A DNA stretch of 28,643 bases from the IMG/VR virus record IMGVR_UViG_3300021254_000030; one strand, written 5' to 3'. The translations under genes and the position numbers were made by a program. This stretch comes from a virus. Its lineage: Duplodnaviria > Heunggongvirae > Uroviricota > Caudoviricetes. Within the stretch, counting starts at the first letter, position 1, and each line of letters begins with the position of its first letter. This document shows positions 27,950 to 28,643 of the stretch, piece after piece. The notes under the pieces were generated by a model, which saw only the letters and a program-made list of their open reading frames with translations, ran no database searches and was not told the DNA's origin.

Positions 27950-28372
27950 TTATTCTGACCTTTTATATCTTTCTTTAATGATTTTTAAATAATTTTTATT
28001 TGCTTGCAATTCAGTATTAATTTTTAAAATCTCATCTTCAAGAGATAAAATATTAATACGATACTTTTTCGCAAGTACTTTAAGTCGTTCAATAGCGGCT
28101 TCGTTATCTGGGCAAAAATGTGAAAAATCTTTAATTGCATCCTGGATAGTATTAAAACGAATTTTTTCTCTTTTTAATTCTGTAGTATAGAAATCTCTAA
28201 ATGCCTTTTTCTCTGCAATGCGGCAACCTAAAAATTTACTTTGGACTGATGTATCTTCGGGATGTACCTTTGCAACTCCTGTAAAATATCCAGATTTTGT
28301 TTTTATTACAACGGTAGAAACACCAATGTCCGCGTCATATGTTGATTTAAAAAGTTTTGCTGCCGTTCTCAT
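27950..28372 (-). CDS. hypothetical phage protein with C-terminal coiled coil
   Basis: 140 aa, GAGG RBS, FTGVAKVHPED..GCRIAE. Confidence 0.75.
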   Translation of the reverse strand: MRTAAKLFKSTYDADIGVSTVVIKTKSGYFTGVAKVHPEDTSVQSKFLGCRIAEKKAFRDFYTTELKREKIRFNTIQDAIKDFSHFCPDNEAAIERLKVLAKKYRINILSLEDEILKINTELQANKNYLKIIKERYKRSE

Positions 28373-28475
28373 GTCTAGTTCCTCTCTTTTTTCTAATAAA
28401 ATCTTTAATAATAATGAAAGCCATTTCTACAAAAAGTGTGCTAAAAATACCTACTAGAACTGGATTTACCGTCAT
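28347..28475 (-). CDS. small single-pass membrane protein (42 aa)
   Basis: MTVNPVLVGIFSTLFVEMAFIIIKDFIRKKRG; ATGA overlap with the upstream stop. Confidence 0.55.
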   Translation of the reverse strand: MTVNPVLVGIFSTLFVEMAFIIIKDFIRKKRGTRHENGSKTF

Positions 28476-28643
28476 TTGTTTTTCTCCTTATATTTTTCAA
28501 TATCTTTAATAATTTGTTCGATACTTACTGGTGTACAATTATGAGCATCTACAGCTACATTATAAATACTATATTGTCCAAATTCAAATTTATTAGGGCT
28601 ATGAGTATGTCCAGATAAATTCCAAAAGAAGCGCTCATCTTCA
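28472..28643 (-). CDS. C-terminus of a second calcineurin-like metallophosphoesterase (5'-truncated)
   Basis: ..NLSGHTH..IYNVAVDAHNCTPVSIEQII. Confidence 0.75.
   Translation of the reverse strand, partial: EDERFFWNLSGHTHSPNKFEFGQYSIYNVAVDAHNCTPVSIEQIIKDIEKYKEKNK

Noticed and set aside
1964-28457. All plus-strand ORFs in the supplied track (e.g. 1964..2149, 8100..8348, 16424..16672, 26893..27177)
   Set aside because: Short shadows antisense to well-supported minus-strand genes, with no recognisable motifs.

Overview
AT-rich segment of a large lytic dsDNA phage, probably infecting Bacillota/Clostridia (sigmaA-type TTGACA-17-TATAAT promoters, AGGAG ribosome-binding sites, GH25/CHAP lysin). All well-supported protein genes are on the minus strand. 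Read right to left they are: phosphoesterase (partial), holin, endolysin, gyrB, four small Cys-rich ORFs, gyrA, phosphoesterase, NAD+ DNA ligase, HTH-like protein, membrane-anchored GIY-YIG protein, ThyX-like protein, SSB-like protein, P-loop ATPase, DnaB, primase, RecJ, RecD/Dda-like helicase and DnaE (runs off the left edge). Main results: (1) TAG is read as a sense codon. Many fragments in the supplied ORF track join into full-length genes across in-frame TAGs, and every gene called here ends in TAA or TGA. (2) Many TAGs sit where I recall the family consensus being Glu, not the Gln of genetic code 15. This is unverified and is the top lead. (3) gyrA is split by a 1074-nt group I intron carrying a TAG-containing GIY-YIG homing endonuclease. 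(4) A membrane-anchored coiled-coil GIY-YIG gene (16 TAG) and the endolysin (9 TAG) are the most TAG-rich genes. (5) A lone perfect-consensus plus-strand promoter may drive a ~95-nt small RNA. X marks a TAG codon. All translations were done by hand and no database searches were run.
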